Assembly: GCA_036676395.1 (NCBI GenBank)
Contig: JAKFCY010000002.1
Span: forward strand, 224,001 to 288,000
Source: Bdellovibrio sp.
Lineage (GTDB): Bacteria > Bdellovibrionota > Bdellovibrionia > Bdellovibrionales > Bdellovibrionaceae
Reading direction: 5' to 3'
Length of the DNA stretch: 64,000 nucleotides
Positions 1-9,820 of the stretch are shown in pieces; position 1 is the stretch's first letter; every line of letters begins with the position of its first letter. The notes under the pieces are model-generated. The model worked only from the letters and a program-made list of their open reading frames with translations. It did not search any database and had not been told where the DNA came from. Both the position numbers and the translations under genes were made by a program.

Positions 1-1
1 A

Positions 2-616
2 TTTATTTATGGTTTATGGGATGAAGCGGGCGGATTTTTAGGTTTAACTCCTGAAACATTAGCCGCTTGGGACGGAAAAAAACTTTCAACGATGGCGCTT
101 GCCGGAACTTGGAGTAACGATCAGTCTTTTGACCAGGTCTCTGATATAGATATGAAAACTCGCGAAGAACATGAATTTGTTATTAATGATATTCGTGAGC
201 GCTTAGGTCAAATCTCGGTCGGAAACACTGAAATACTGACGCTTCCAACCTTAAGCCATTTAAAAACTGAAATTGCGCAAGAGTGTTTGTCCCGGGCTGA
301 ATTTATTTCTGCTGTTGAAAAATTGCATCCAACTGCTGCGTTAGGAATTTACCCGCGTAAACCCGAATTAGCCCACGAATTCTCAAAGTTTAACCTTCAA
401 CAGCAACGCGGATTTTTCGGAGCTCCTTTTGGAGTGATCGGCGAGAATTTTGCCCAGGTCGTTGTCGGAATTCGTGGTCTTATCTGGACCGCCAATCGAG
501 TGAATTTGTATGTGGGTTGCGGCGTAACTGCGCAAAGTGATCAATCTAGCGAATGGCAAGAGCTACAGACGAAAAAGAAGGCCATCTGCGAAGCTTTTTC
601 GTTGCAGATTTTGTAA
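2..616 (+). CDS. menF: Isochorismate synthase / chorismate-binding protein, 5'-truncated by the window edge
   Basis: Frame is open from base 2 (FIYGLWDEAGGFLGLTPETL...MALAGT). Has EH, HL, LHPTAAL, RG and GCG...S...EW.E..K chorismate-binding motifs; lies directly upstream of menD. Confidence 0.85.
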   Translation, partial: FIYGLWDEAGGFLGLTPETLAAWDGKKLSTMALAGTWSNDQSFDQVSDIDMKTREEHEFVINDIRERLGQISVGNTEILTLPTLSHLKTEIAQECLSRAEFISAVEKLHPTAALGIYPRKPELAHEFSKFNLQQQRGFFGAPFGVIGENFAQVVVGIRGLIWTANRVNLYVGCGVTAQSDQSSEWQELQTKKKAICEAFSLQIL

Positions 617-639
617 AATCAAGTTGAATAGAATTGTTC

Positions 640-2241
640 ATGACAAACGCCGAATTAGTTTCTCATTTTTATCAGATTTTAATTAATCTCGAAGTCTCCG
701 AGGTTATCGTTTGTGCTGGTGCTCGCAATGCTCCTTTAGTCGTTGGGCTTGAAAGTCGTTCGTTTAAAGTAAAATCATTTTTTGAAGAACGTTCTGCAGG
801 ATTTTACGCTTTAGGTAAAATCAAAGCCAGCGGTAAACCTGTAGCGATTATGACAACCTCTGGAACTGCGGTGGCTGAATTATTACCAGCGGTGGTTGAA
901 GCTTACTATCAAGGTTTGCCTTTAATCGTTGTCAGTGCTGATCGCCCGAAAAATTATCGCGGTTCAGGGGCTCCACAAGCTATTGATCAGGCGGGTATTT
1001 TTAATTCTTATGTGCACAAATGTTATGATTGGGATGTGACACAAGCAGATTTAAAAATAGAATTCGCTGCAAAAAAACCATTACATTTTAACTTATGTTT
1101 TGATGAACCACTTATTGATGGCGATTTTTCTATTATGACAAATAAATTTGTCGAAGTGAACAAGATCGAATCTTTCAAAGCAAAAGATTTTGACGCTAAA
1201 TACGGCGAAGAAGCGAAATTATTTAAAAATCCATTGGTGATTTTAAGCCAGCTTTCACTTGTTGAAAAAGAACAAGTGAAAGACATTTTGCAAAAATATC
1301 AGATTTATCATTATGCTGAATCTCTTTCTGGTTTGCTTGGTGATGCTGGCTTAGCTCCTTTACAATTAAATAACTGCGAACCTTTGCTGGGTTCTTTTTT
1401 AGAAAAAGATTTATTTTCGTCAGTTATTCGTGTGGGCGGGGTTCCGACTTTACGCTTGTGGCGTGACCTAGAAAAAAAATACGCGCATGTTCCTGTATTA
1501 TCGATTTCTGAATTACCTTTTTCTGGTTTAGCCCGTAAGTCATTACAAACTGGTTTTGAAAATTTAGAGGTCTTATTAAATGCAGCTGAATATCGTAAAA
1601 TCGATTATACAAATTTAAATCAACAGATTCAGGCCAAAAAAGTTACGGCCCTGACTGAGTTTAGAAATTCAGAACAAAATTTTATTTTTTTATTAAGCCA
1701 GCTTATTAAATTTCAGCCAGTTTATATCGGCAATTCATTGCCCATCCGCGAATGGGACCAGTTTTCGCAAGGGGCCTTTCCAGACACTTACGGTAACCGT
1801 GGCGCAAACGGGATAGACGGCCAGATTTCAACCTACCTAGGCTGGTCAAATCAGTTTAATATCTCTTGGGCCATCATTGGTGATCTAACGGCGATGTATG
1901 ACCTTGCAGCTTTAGCAATTAATCGCGATGATAATAAGGCCTCGTGCAAATGTTTAGTGGTGATTAATAACCAAGGTGGGCAGATCTTCAAAAAGGTCTT
2001 TGGCCATCAAAAAGAGAGTGCAAAGTTTTTAAATCCTCACGATATTCAATTTCAGGGGTGGGCGCAGATGTTTGGTTGGAATTACCTCCAAATAGCTGAT
2101 GTCGCTGATCTTCAGCAAGTAGAACAACTGATCGCAAAAAAAGAACAGAAAAATTTTGTGATTGAAATTCAAACAGACCAACTGCAATCGAATGCCGTTT
2201 GGAAATTTATGGAAGAAACATGCAAAACCGTCAAATATTAG
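640..2241 (+). CDS. menD: SEPHCHC synthase (TPP-dependent MenD)
   Basis: GARNAPL, EERSAGFYALG, TTSGTAVAEL, SADRP, GNSLPIR, NRGANGIDG and GDL...NN.GG.IF motifs. ATG at 640 preferred over TTG at 634. Confidence 0.95.
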   Translation: MTNAELVSHFYQILINLEVSEVIVCAGARNAPLVVGLESRSFKVKSFFEERSAGFYALGKIKASGKPVAIMTTSGTAVAELLPAVVEAYYQGLPLIVVSADRPKNYRGSGAPQAIDQAGIFNSYVHKCYDWDVTQADLKIEFAAKKPLHFNLCFDEPLIDGDFSIMTNKFVEVNKIESFKAKDFDAKYGEEAKLFKNPLVILSQLSLVEKEQVKDILQKYQIYHYAESLSGLLGDAGLAPLQLNNCEPLLGSFLEKDLFSSVIRVGGVPTLRLWRDLEKKYAHVPVLSISELPFSGLARKSLQTGFENLEVLLNAAEYRKIDYTNLNQQIQAKKVTALTEFRNSEQNFIFLLSQLIKFQPVYIGNSLPIREWDQFSQGAFPDTYGNRGANGIDGQISTYLGWSNQFNISWAIIGDLTAMYDLAALAINRDDNKASCKCLVVINNQGGQIFKKVFGHQKESAKFLNPHDIQFQGWAQMFGWNYLQIADVADLQQVEQLIAKKEQKNFVIEIQTDQLQSNAVWKFMEETCKTVKY

Positions 2242-2942
2242 CATTACATGGGTTTTTAGGTAGAGGCCGCGACTGGTACAAAGTACAAACTTTAACTCCG
2301 CGCCACGAATGGATTACACCAGAATTATTCGCTCCGAAATCGCCGATTGGTGATATTGATTTAGCCTCGTTTAATGTTCTAGCTGACCGCTTAGTTTCTT
2401 TCATACCTGAAAAAACCCAACCGATTTTTGTGGGCTATTCACTAGGAGCGCGCATTGGTTTATACCTTTTAGAGCGTCATCCAGATCGTTTTAAAAAGTT
2501 TATTTTTTTAAGTGCTCACCCAGGGTTATCGTCTGCGGCAGAAAAACAAGCGCGTAAGCTGAACGATTTAGAATGGAAAGATAAATTGGCCACAATGCCT
2601 TGGGCTGATTTTTGGAATGAGTGGAATTCACAAGACGTATTTAAGCGTGATAATGACCGCGAACTTATGCGTGATGCCCGTGATGTTGATGTTAAAAAAT
2701 TAGAGCTAGGCTTTACAGCATTGTCATTAGCTGCCCAAGAAAACAAAGAAGCTGTGCTGCAAAAGCACGCTGACAAAGTGATTTGGGCTGTTGGCGATCA
2801 GGATCAAAAATTCACTAGCTTTGCTGAGGATTTAAAACGAAAAAAAATCCTTTCAGGTTATGAAAGGATTTTTAATTCAGGACATCGTGTTCTTTTTGAT
2901 CAGCCTTCCGCGGTGGCTGACTTAATTGATTCTATTAATTAG
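2220..2942 (+). CDS. menH: Alpha/beta hydrolase, SHCHC synthase
   Basis: HGFLG, GYSLGAR nucleophile elbow, GDQDQKF and GH motifs; follows menD. Start is uncertain (2199 or 2220). Confidence 0.85.
   Translation: MQNRQILALHGFLGRGRDWYKVQTLTPRHEWITPELFAPKSPIGDIDLASFNVLADRLVSFIPEKTQPIFVGYSLGARIGLYLLERHPDRFKKFIFLSAHPGLSSAAEKQARKLNDLEWKDKLATMPWADFWNEWNSQDVFKRDNDRELMRDARDVDVKKLELGFTALSLAAQENKEAVLQKHADKVIWAVGDQDQKFTSFAEDLKRKKILSGYERIFNSGHRVLFDQPSAVADLIDSIN
2840..2873 (-). terminator. Intrinsic terminator for the minus-strand protease gene, embedded in menH
   Basis: Perfect 13-bp inverted repeat AAAAATCCTTTCA-ggtta-TGAAAGGATTTTT with a U-tract on the minus strand, about 60 nt past the protease stop. 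Confidence 0.65.
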
Positions 2943-3894
2943 CCTTGGCTACAGTGCCTTGATCAGCAACTGGTGTATTTACTTGTTCAATGGCTAAAGC
3001 GATCCAGTCAAGTTGACCAGCAACGCCTGTGTAGATCGCGCCTTCGTTACAGTTACCCAGTAAGTTAGTGCCACGACTAGTAACACCAACTTGGATGTAA
3101 GAACCGTCTTCTAGTTTTAATAAAGCAGGCCCACCTGAATCTCCGTGGCAAGCCCCCCTTAAATTTTTTTGATCAAATGAGATTTCTTTTTGGTCAGCTG
3201 TAATACCAGTCACAGCGATATTAGAAACTCTTCTTAAAGTGCCAGAACCGCGACCTGGAAGTTCGATCGTTGCTGGTTGGCCATTTTTACCGATAACTAC
3301 GTTACCGTTTTTATCTTTAAGAACTTTGCGGATAACAGCGTTTGTGATGCCGTAGCCAGCTAAAGTTAATTTAGAACCTTTAACTAATTGTTTAATCGTT
3401 TCATCAGTAGGTAACACAGCTAATTTGAAATCAGCTGGCGCTTCTTTTTCTAATTTAACAATCGCGATATCATTCCAAACTTTTGTTTTATCATCAGTAG
3501 GTAAAAAATCTGGGTGAACCGCGCCGTTCGTAGCGTAGATCACTTGCTCTTCAGTCACTTTACGATCGTCTAATGAAAACAAGACAGCAATACCACGTAA
3601 ACCTTCGTCCGCAATACAATGGGCCGCTGTTAACACGATATCACGGGCAATAAGGCTGCCTGTGCATGTCGACGTGCCCATGTCGCTGATGATTTTTAAT
3701 TGAACGATACCATTAGCTTTTTGAAAATTAGAGTCTGCTAAAAGACCGCCAAGAATATTTGAATTTTGGATCTCGTTACCAGCGTCTAGATATGAAGGAG
3801 TAGCGCTTTGGCTTTGCGGTGCACATGATGTGAATAACGCGGTAGCCGTGATCGCTAGAACTGCAGCAGTCTTTTTCATCATTTCTTTTTTCAT
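2935..3894 (-). CDS. S1 (chymotrypsin-fold) serine protease, lipoprotein
   Basis: LFTSC lipobox, ILGG activation site, TAAHC / DIA / GDSGGP triad motifs. GGAGG SD before ATG 3894. Confidence 0.92.
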   Translation of the reverse strand: MKKEMMKKTAAVLAITATALFTSCAPQSQSATPSYLDAGNEIQNSNILGGLLADSNFQKANGIVQLKIISDMGTSTCTGSLIARDIVLTAAHCIADEGLRGIAVLFSLDDRKVTEEQVIYATNGAVHPDFLPTDDKTKVWNDIAIVKLEKEAPADFKLAVLPTDETIKQLVKGSKLTLAGYGITNAVIRKVLKDKNGNVVIGKNGQPATIELPGRGSGTLRRVSNIAVTGITADQKEISFDQKNLRGACHGDSGGPALLKLEDGSYIQVGVTSRGTNLLGNCNEGAIYTGVAGQLDWIALAIEQVNTPVADQGTVAKAN

Positions 3895-3972
3895 ATCTTC
3901 CTCCTTGGAACGATTTACGAATTTAAGATCCTCCTGGATGCCCCTCACCCTAGAGGACCCAAATTCGTAGGT

Positions 3973-4012
3973 GCAATAAAACCCATTCTGGAACCAGAGT
4001 CACAACATTAAA
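3973..4012 (-). promoter_or_regulatory. 40-bp conserved upstream element, copy 1
   Basis: GCAATAAAACCCATTCTGGAACCAGAGTCACAACATTAAA; 39/40 identical to 5115-5154. Both copies lie upstream of the protease paralogues. Confidence 0.65.
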
Positions 4013-4067
4013 GATTATGTCGTCTATAAGCTTTGTTTATGGTTTGGTGACGCCCCAAATTTTGGGC

Positions 4068-4106
4068 AAAAAAAATCCCTTCAAGACTTATGAAAGGATT
4101 CTTTTT
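4068..4106 (-). terminator. Intrinsic terminator of the second protease gene
   Basis: AAAAAAAATCCCTTCA...TGAAAGGATTCTTTTT hairpin, homologous to 2840-2873. Confidence 0.6.
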
Positions 4107-4130
4107 CGAGACATTTATGTGTTTAGATTT

Positions 4131-5087
4131 TTATTTCTTATTAACTTGTGCGACAGCTTTATTAATAAAGTCTTGATGGCCAAGTACGCCCGTGTAGATA
4201 ACGCCTTCATTGCAATTTCCTAATTTGTTCGTACCACGACTAGTAACTCCAACTTGAATGTCAGTGCCGTCTTGTAATTGTAATAAAGCAGGCCCGCCTG
4301 AATCTCCGTGGCAAGCCCCCTTCAAATTTCTTTGATCTAATGAGATTTCTTTTTGATCAGATGTAAGATGAGTTACAACCATATCAGCAACTAGTCTTAA
4401 AGTGCCAGAGCCTTGGCTCGGAAACTCAACAACCTGAGGTTGTCCGTTTTTATCAAGTACAGGTTGACCATTTTTATCTTTTTTAAAGTCGCGAACTATT
4501 GCATTCGTGATACCGTAGCCAGCAAAAGTTAATTTTGAACCAACAAGTAACTGTTCAATAGTTTTAGCTGATGGTAACACAGCTAGTTTAAAATCAGCAG
4601 GTGCAGCAGCTGATAATTTAACGATCGCGATGTCATTCTGAATAGCTGTATCGTCGTCAGCTTCAGGATTTTGAACATAAGCAGGATTGATAATCCAGTC
4701 TTTAGCTGCGATCGAAGTAGCTTTTACATTTGTTAAGCCGAAAAGCACATCTACTTTATCAGCTGATGTTTTACTAGACACACAGTGAGCTGCAGTTAAA
4801 ACGATATCACGAGTGATAAGGCTTCCTGTGCAAATTGATTCTGAAAGAGTAATTGTCTTACCTAAAAATTTAAGAACTTTTTTTACTCTTAACTGAACGA
4901 TACCGTGAGATTTTTGGTAATTAGAATCAGCTAATTGGCCGCCCACGATATTTGAATTTTCAACTTCGTTACCAGCGTCTAGATATGATGGCGATGCGCT
5001 CTGAGATTGTGGCGCACATGATGCGAATAGTGCAGAAGCTGTTAAAGCTAAAACTGCGGCAGTTTGTTTCATCATTTCTTTTTTCAT
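4131..5087 (-). CDS. S1 serine protease, lipoprotein; paralogue of 2935-3894
   Basis: LFASC lipobox, IVGG, TAAHC, DIA and GDSGGP motifs; N- and C-terminal segments nearly identical to its neighbour. Confidence 0.92.
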   Translation of the reverse strand: MKKEMMKQTAAVLALTASALFASCAPQSQSASPSYLDAGNEVENSNIVGGQLADSNYQKSHGIVQLRVKKVLKFLGKTITLSESICTGSLITRDIVLTAAHCVSSKTSADKVDVLFGLTNVKATSIAAKDWIINPAYVQNPEADDDTAIQNDIAIVKLSAAAPADFKLAVLPSAKTIEQLLVGSKLTFAGYGITNAIVRDFKKDKNGQPVLDKNGQPQVVEFPSQGSGTLRLVADMVVTHLTSDQKEISLDQRNLKGACHGDSGGPALLQLQDGTDIQVGVTSRGTNKLGNCNEGVIYTGVLGHQDFINKAVAQVNKK

Positions 5088-5114
5088 ATCTTTCCCCTTT
5101 GTGGAACTAAGTGC

Positions 5115-5154
5115 GCAATAAAACCCATTGTGGAACCAGAGTCACAACATTAAA
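5115..5154 (-). promoter_or_regulatory. 40-bp conserved upstream element, copy 2
   Basis: GCAATAAAACCCATTGTGGAACCAGAGTCACAACATTAAA. Confidence 0.65.
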
Positions 5155-5178
5155 ACCTATGGGTGCTATAAGAAATGC

Positions 5179-6114
5179 TTATACCCGATCTGTAGCGGCC
5201 ACTAGGGCGGCTTTGATGCCAGGTTCGCCAGCAGCGTGGCCTGCATCTTGGATAATTTCTAGGCGAGCTTCGGGCCAAGCGGTGTGGAGGTCCCAAGCGC
5301 TTCTTGCGGGGCAAACCACGTCGTAGCGGCCTTGCACGATATCGCAGGGAATATACTTAATTTTTGCAATATTTTCCAAAATCCAGTTGTTGGTTTTGAA
5401 GAATGAATTATTGATAAAGTAATGACACTCAATACGGGCGAATTGCAGAGCGTAAGTAGGATCATCAAAATCATCGATGGCTTTTACATCTACGAATAAT
5501 TTTGAAGTGGCGGCTTCCCACTTACTCCATACCTTGGCTGCAGCTAAACGCACATCTGCATTTTCGTGAGTTAAACGTTTGTAATAAGCTTTGACGAAAT
5601 CACCGCGTTCATCAGCCGGGATGTGGTTGTAATAACTTTCCCACACATCTGGGTAAATTTCTGAAGCACCATGCTGATAGAACCAGTGAATTTCAGAAGG
5701 ACGGCATAAGAAAATTCCGCGTAAAATTAAATGCTGAACTTTTTCCGGATGAGAGATTGCGTAAGTTAACGCTAAAGTTGAGCCCCAGCTGCCACCGAAC
5801 ACCACCCATTTTTGGATGCCTAAGTGTTCACGAATTTTTTCGATGTCAGCAACCAGATCCCAAGTTGTATTTTCTTTTAATTCAGCTGCGGGCGTCGATT
5901 TGCCGGCACCCCGTTGATCAAATAAAACGATGCGAAATTTTTTCGGGTCAAAAAATCTGCGGTGGTCTTCGCTGATGCCGCCGCCTGGTCCGCCGTGTAA
6001 AAATACGACGGGAATGCCTTCTGGGTTTCCGGCCTGTTCGACATACAACGTGTGAAGGTCAGACACTTTGAACATTTCAGTTTTATAGGCGGCAATTTCT
6101 GGATAAAAGCTCAT
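5179..6114 (-). CDS. pip: Proline iminopeptidase
   Basis: HGGPGGG, FDQRGAGKS, GGSWG, LRGIFL, GRYDVVCP and AGH motifs. Confidence 0.95.
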   Translation of the reverse strand: MSFYPEIAAYKTEMFKVSDLHTLYVEQAGNPEGIPVVFLHGGPGGGISEDHRRFFDPKKFRIVLFDQRGAGKSTPAAELKENTTWDLVADIEKIREHLGIQKWVVFGGSWGSTLALTYAISHPEKVQHLILRGIFLCRPSEIHWFYQHGASEIYPDVWESYYNHIPADERGDFVKAYYKRLTHENADVRLAAAKVWSKWEAATSKLFVDVKAIDDFDDPTYALQFARIECHYFINNSFFKTNNWILENIAKIKYIPCDIVQGRYDVVCPARSAWDLHTAWPEARLEIIQDAGHAAGEPGIKAALVAATDRV

Positions 6115-6647
6115 TTGTGGTCCTCGGTAAAATCTTTTATGATAAGGGGTACAAGATACCTGTAAGCAAAGATTAAAAAGCCTAAGGCTAATAAAATTAA
6201 AAATATTCGACCAAAAAGCTTTTCGCTCTTTTCTTTTTTTACTTTCGCTTGATTAATTTTTGTAAAATAATCGACAAGTTTGAAATGGTGCTCTGGGCAG
6301 TACCCATCTTGCAATGCCATATAACTGCAAGCGGGGCAAAAAAGTTCGTTATCAGGTAAATATGTTTCGTTATTTTGTGCAAGCATTCCAAGATCATTAA
6401 GATACTTTTTTAAAGCCAGAAATGATTCGTTGTTAACATCAATATAAAAAAATTCACCTAGCGGTTCAGCCGTTTTCGGTGAACTGGTATCATAGTAACT
6501 TTTCGATGAAATTTTTTCTTGATACTGTTTAACAAGATCCTGATCAATTTCGATTTTGTAAGTATATCCAAGCGGCTCAAGCTTTTCTTTGATTTGGTTA
6601 ATTTGTGCTTCAGAAAAAGGCCCAAGTTTAATCATGTTCATTGTCAA
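6111..6647 (-). CDS. Hypothetical membrane-anchored protein with a CxxC...CxxH zinc-ribbon-like motif
   Basis: CPAC...CPEH and a C-terminal TM helix; overlaps add and pip by 4 nt each. Confidence 0.7.
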   Translation of the reverse strand: MTMNMIKLGPFSEAQINQIKEKLEPLGYTYKIEIDQDLVKQYQEKISSKSYYDTSSPKTAEPLGEFFYIDVNNESFLALKKYLNDLGMLAQNNETYLPDNELFCPACSYMALQDGYCPEHHFKLVDYFTKINQAKVKKEKSEKLFGRIFLILLALGFLIFAYRYLVPLIIKDFTEDHK

Positions 6648-7666
6648 TTGCCTTTAAACGCTGCGGTTTTTTCCGCCAGCGGAATAAAACTTTTCTTAAA
6701 AGCGATTTCATTACAATGAGTGAATTCTTTTAAACCAAAACCTTGGTGTTCTTGCGCGATCACATATTCATCTGTTAAAACTGAGGCAAACATGCCTGGG
6801 TCATCAGAATTTAATGTTAATGGAACTCCCGCATCGTAAAGTTTTTTTAGCGGATGATCTTTATAACTGGCAAAAGCTTGCGTTAAATAATTACTATGCG
6901 GGCAAACTTCTAAAGGAATATCTTTTTCGATAAGCATTTTCATCACATCAGGATGGTGAATGGCTTGCACACCATGGCCGATACGTTCAGCACCTAAAAT
7001 TTCGATAGAATCTTTGATCCAGTTACCTGCGTCTGGAGATGGTGATTCGCCAGAGTGAACAGTAATGTGAAGCCCTGCTTTTTTGGCGCGTTCAAAATCT
7101 TTAGCAAATTTTCTGGGTTCAGAACCTGCTTCGTTATCCGCAAGATCAAGGGCAATGAAAGTGTCTTTGTTTTCAATCGCAAAATCGGTGACTGAAGCTA
7201 CTTTTTCTAAAGGTAAGATGCGCTGTAAAATACAAATTAAGCCTGTGGCGATTTGCATTTGTTTTTTTGCGCGGTTTAATCCACGCACAAATGCTTGATG
7301 AATTTTTTCATATGATAAAGAACTGTGGCCATCAGCAATAAAAGTCGGGGCGTAACGCATTTCGCAAATTCTTACGCCGTCGTTAAACGCATCTTCGCAA
7401 GCTTCAAAAGCTAAACGCTCCAAGATTTCTTCAGAAGCTAAAACCTTTTGCGCGATTAAAAATTTGGATAAAACAGCGTTTAAATCCTTCATTGGCTCAG
7501 TCACCAGAAAGTATGAACGTTGCTGCGCTGAGTTTTTTGGAATTTCGATCTTTAAAGTTGTCGCAATTTCAAGCAAAGTGCTCCATCTCATTGAGCAATC
7601 CATATGGCGATGCAAGTCAATTTTCGGAAGTGAGCGGAGTTCTTGAATAGATAGTTTTGATGACAT
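6644..7666 (-). CDS. add: Adenosine deaminase
   Basis: LPKIDLHRHMD, HSGE, RIGHG, EVCPHSN, HP and NSDDP motifs. Confidence 0.93.
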   Translation of the reverse strand: MSSKLSIQELRSLPKIDLHRHMDCSMRWSTLLEIATTLKIEIPKNSAQQRSYFLVTEPMKDLNAVLSKFLIAQKVLASEEILERLAFEACEDAFNDGVRICEMRYAPTFIADGHSSLSYEKIHQAFVRGLNRAKKQMQIATGLICILQRILPLEKVASVTDFAIENKDTFIALDLADNEAGSEPRKFAKDFERAKKAGLHITVHSGESPSPDAGNWIKDSIEILGAERIGHGVQAIHHPDVMKMLIEKDIPLEVCPHSNYLTQAFASYKDHPLKKLYDAGVPLTLNSDDPGMFASVLTDEYVIAQEHQGFGLKEFTHCNEIAFKKSFIPLAEKTAAFKGN

Positions 7667-7677
7667 AAAAAAGATGT

Positions 7678-9708
7678 ATGACACAAATTAAGCCTCTACA
7701 AGTCAAAACTCACTTAGCCAAACATTCTCAATCAAAACCGCAATTTTCTGTCGACGCAAAACTAGCTGACGGAAAAACCGTGGCTCTTGCTGATCCAAAT
7801 GCGACCCGCGCTCTTGTTGCCTTAATGGACATGAATGCCGTGCTTGGCGGAGCGGCTTCACATTACGGTGGGCCTGCAGCTTTAGCTGAACTTTGGAGCG
7901 CGTTGCATGGTTATGTTTTTGCAGAATCTGATAAGCAGAAAAAAGATTGGTTTGATCTGTTTCATGTGATCAATGATGCCGGCCACTGTGAAAATGGTTT
8001 GTACGCTTTAAAAGCCAACTACAAAATGGCGGGTCTTGATTTAAATTCATTAAAAAAGTTCCGTTCAATTGAATCTAACTTAACTGGCCACGGTGAAGCG
8101 CATTTATTTCCTGAAGGCGTGTACATGAGCAATGGCCCATTAGGTTCTGCTTTTCCACAATCACAAGGGTTAGCCTTAGCTGAAAAATTAGCTGGCACAA
8201 ACCGCACGACGATTTGCACACTTTCTGATGGTGCAGCGATGGAAGGCGAAGCGAAAGAAGCTATGGCTGCTGTTGCAGGATTAGCGGCTAAAGGCAAAGC
8301 GGCTCCATTTGTGTTAATTATCAGCGATAACAATACAAAATTATCTGGCCGTATTGATGCGGATGCGTTTTCAATGAATCCAACGTTTCAATCTTTAGAG
8401 GCTTTAGGTTGGAAATTAATTAAGTTAGAAAAAGGTAATGATTTACAAGCGTGTTTAACAACAATTGAAGACGCCGTTGCTCTTGCGCAAAAAAATCCGA
8501 ACCAACCAGTAGCTATCTGGGCAAAAACTGTAAAAGGGATTGGTACTAAAAAAACGGCAGAATCTGCAAGTGGTGGACATGGTTTTCCATGCAAATCGCC
8601 AACTGAACTGCCTGCTTTCTTAGAAGAAATTTATGCAGGTCAATCATACCCAGAAGTTTTTAAAACTTGGATGGCTGAATTAAATGAAACTGAAAAACAA
8701 ATTAAAGCTAATGCTGTACCTGACACGGGTGAAAAAATCCAAAAAGGGATCGCTAAAGCGATGATCAATTGTTTTAAAAAAGGTTTACCGGTTATTTCTG
8801 TAACTTCAGATTTACCAGGATCAACTGGCGTAGCAGATTTCAGAAAAGAATTTCCGGCAGCTTCAGTTGATGTCGGTGTTGCTGAAAGTAACATGGTTTC
8901 TACGGCTGCGGGTTTATCAAAACTTGGTTACATTCCGGTTGTTGATACATTTGCACAATTTGGTGTAACTAAAGGTGCCTTACCAATTACGATGGCAATG
9001 TTATCTGAAGCGCCATTGATCGGTGTGTTTTCACACACGGGTTTTCAAGATGCGGCAGACGGCGCGTCTCACCAAGCTTTAAGTTATATGTCGATGTTAG
9101 CGACGATTCCGGGAGTTGATTTATACAACTTATCAACAAGTGAAGAAGCTGATGCGATCATGACTGAAGTGATCGAGACTTTTGCTAAGACTGTTGAAGC
9201 CGGTAAAACTCCGCACACCAGCATTTTCTTTTTAGGCCGCGAAAATTTTCCGAAATCTTATTCAACAGAAACAAATAAATTATCTTACAAGGCCGCAGAA
9301 CCACAAATCGTGCGTCAGCATATGGTTGGCGCTAAAAACACGATGATCGTGACTTCTGGATCTTTAGTGGGCGAGGCTATTAAGGCTTCACAAGAGCTAG
9401 AGAAAAAAGGCGTTGGCTCTATTGTGGTAAATTTAAACTCGTTAAACCGTTTAAATGTTTCAGCGCTTAAACCACTTGTGAAAAAATGTGAAGGTCGCAT
9501 TGTGACTGTTGAAGATCATCAAGTGCTTTTAGGTTTAGGTTCTTTTGTAAGTCATCAGTTGGTGCAGTCCGGTGAATTTATCACGATGAAATCACTAGGC
9601 GTGCGCGGTGAATTCGGACAATCGGCTTACAATGCGATTGATCTGTATCGTAAGCACGGTATGGACAGCTCTGCGATTGCAAAAGCTGCCACTGAATTAT
9701 TAGGATAA
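7678..9708 (+). CDS. tkt: Transketolase-family TPP enzyme (single chain)
   Basis: SHYGG, AGH, LTGH, GPLGS, SDGAAMEG...NN TPP motif, KTVKG, GVAESNM, DGASHQ and VEDH. Confidence 0.8.
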   Translation: MTQIKPLQVKTHLAKHSQSKPQFSVDAKLADGKTVALADPNATRALVALMDMNAVLGGAASHYGGPAALAELWSALHGYVFAESDKQKKDWFDLFHVINDAGHCENGLYALKANYKMAGLDLNSLKKFRSIESNLTGHGEAHLFPEGVYMSNGPLGSAFPQSQGLALAEKLAGTNRTTICTLSDGAAMEGEAKEAMAAVAGLAAKGKAAPFVLIISDNNTKLSGRIDADAFSMNPTFQSLEALGWKLIKLEKGNDLQACLTTIEDAVALAQKNPNQPVAIWAKTVKGIGTKKTAESASGGHGFPCKSPTELPAFLEEIYAGQSYPEVFKTWMAELNETEKQIKANAVPDTGEKIQKGIAKAMINCFKKGLPVISVTSDLPGSTGVADFRKEFPAASVDVGVAESNMVSTAAGLSKLGYIPVVDTFAQFGVTKGALPITMAMLSEAPLIGVFSHTGFQDAADGASHQALSYMSMLATIPGVDLYNLSTSEEADAIMTEVIETFAKTVEAGKTPHTSIFFLGRENFPKSYSTETNKLSYKAAEPQIVRQHMVGAKNTMIVTSGSLVGEAIKASQELEKKGVGSIVVNLNSLNRLNVSALKPLVKKCEGRIVTVEDHQVLLGLGSFVSHQLVQSGEFITMKSLGVRGEFGQSAYNAIDLYRKHGMDSSAIAKAATELLG

Positions 9709-9820
9709 TAGCGGGGCAGCTTGCCCTGTGTTTTAGATTCAAATTAAATACATGCGAGATCATTATGGTGCAGTGCTTGCACCAGAGTTTACTTCGAAAA
9801 ATCAACATTCGGAGGTTCGC

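Noticed and set aside
3973..3990. Sigma54 promoter in the protease upstream element (TGGGTTTTATTGC, minus strand)
   Set aside because: GG-to-GC spacing is 8 nt, not the required 10.
4017..4223. 68-aa + strand ORF
   Set aside because: Runs through a terminator and antisense into the protease gene; better explained as a duplication relic.
7678..9708. DXP synthase (dxs) call
   Set aside because: Motifs (TGH, GPLG, EG after the TPP motif, DGASHQ) fit transketolase better, and dxs-specific motifs such as HQ.Y.HK are absent.
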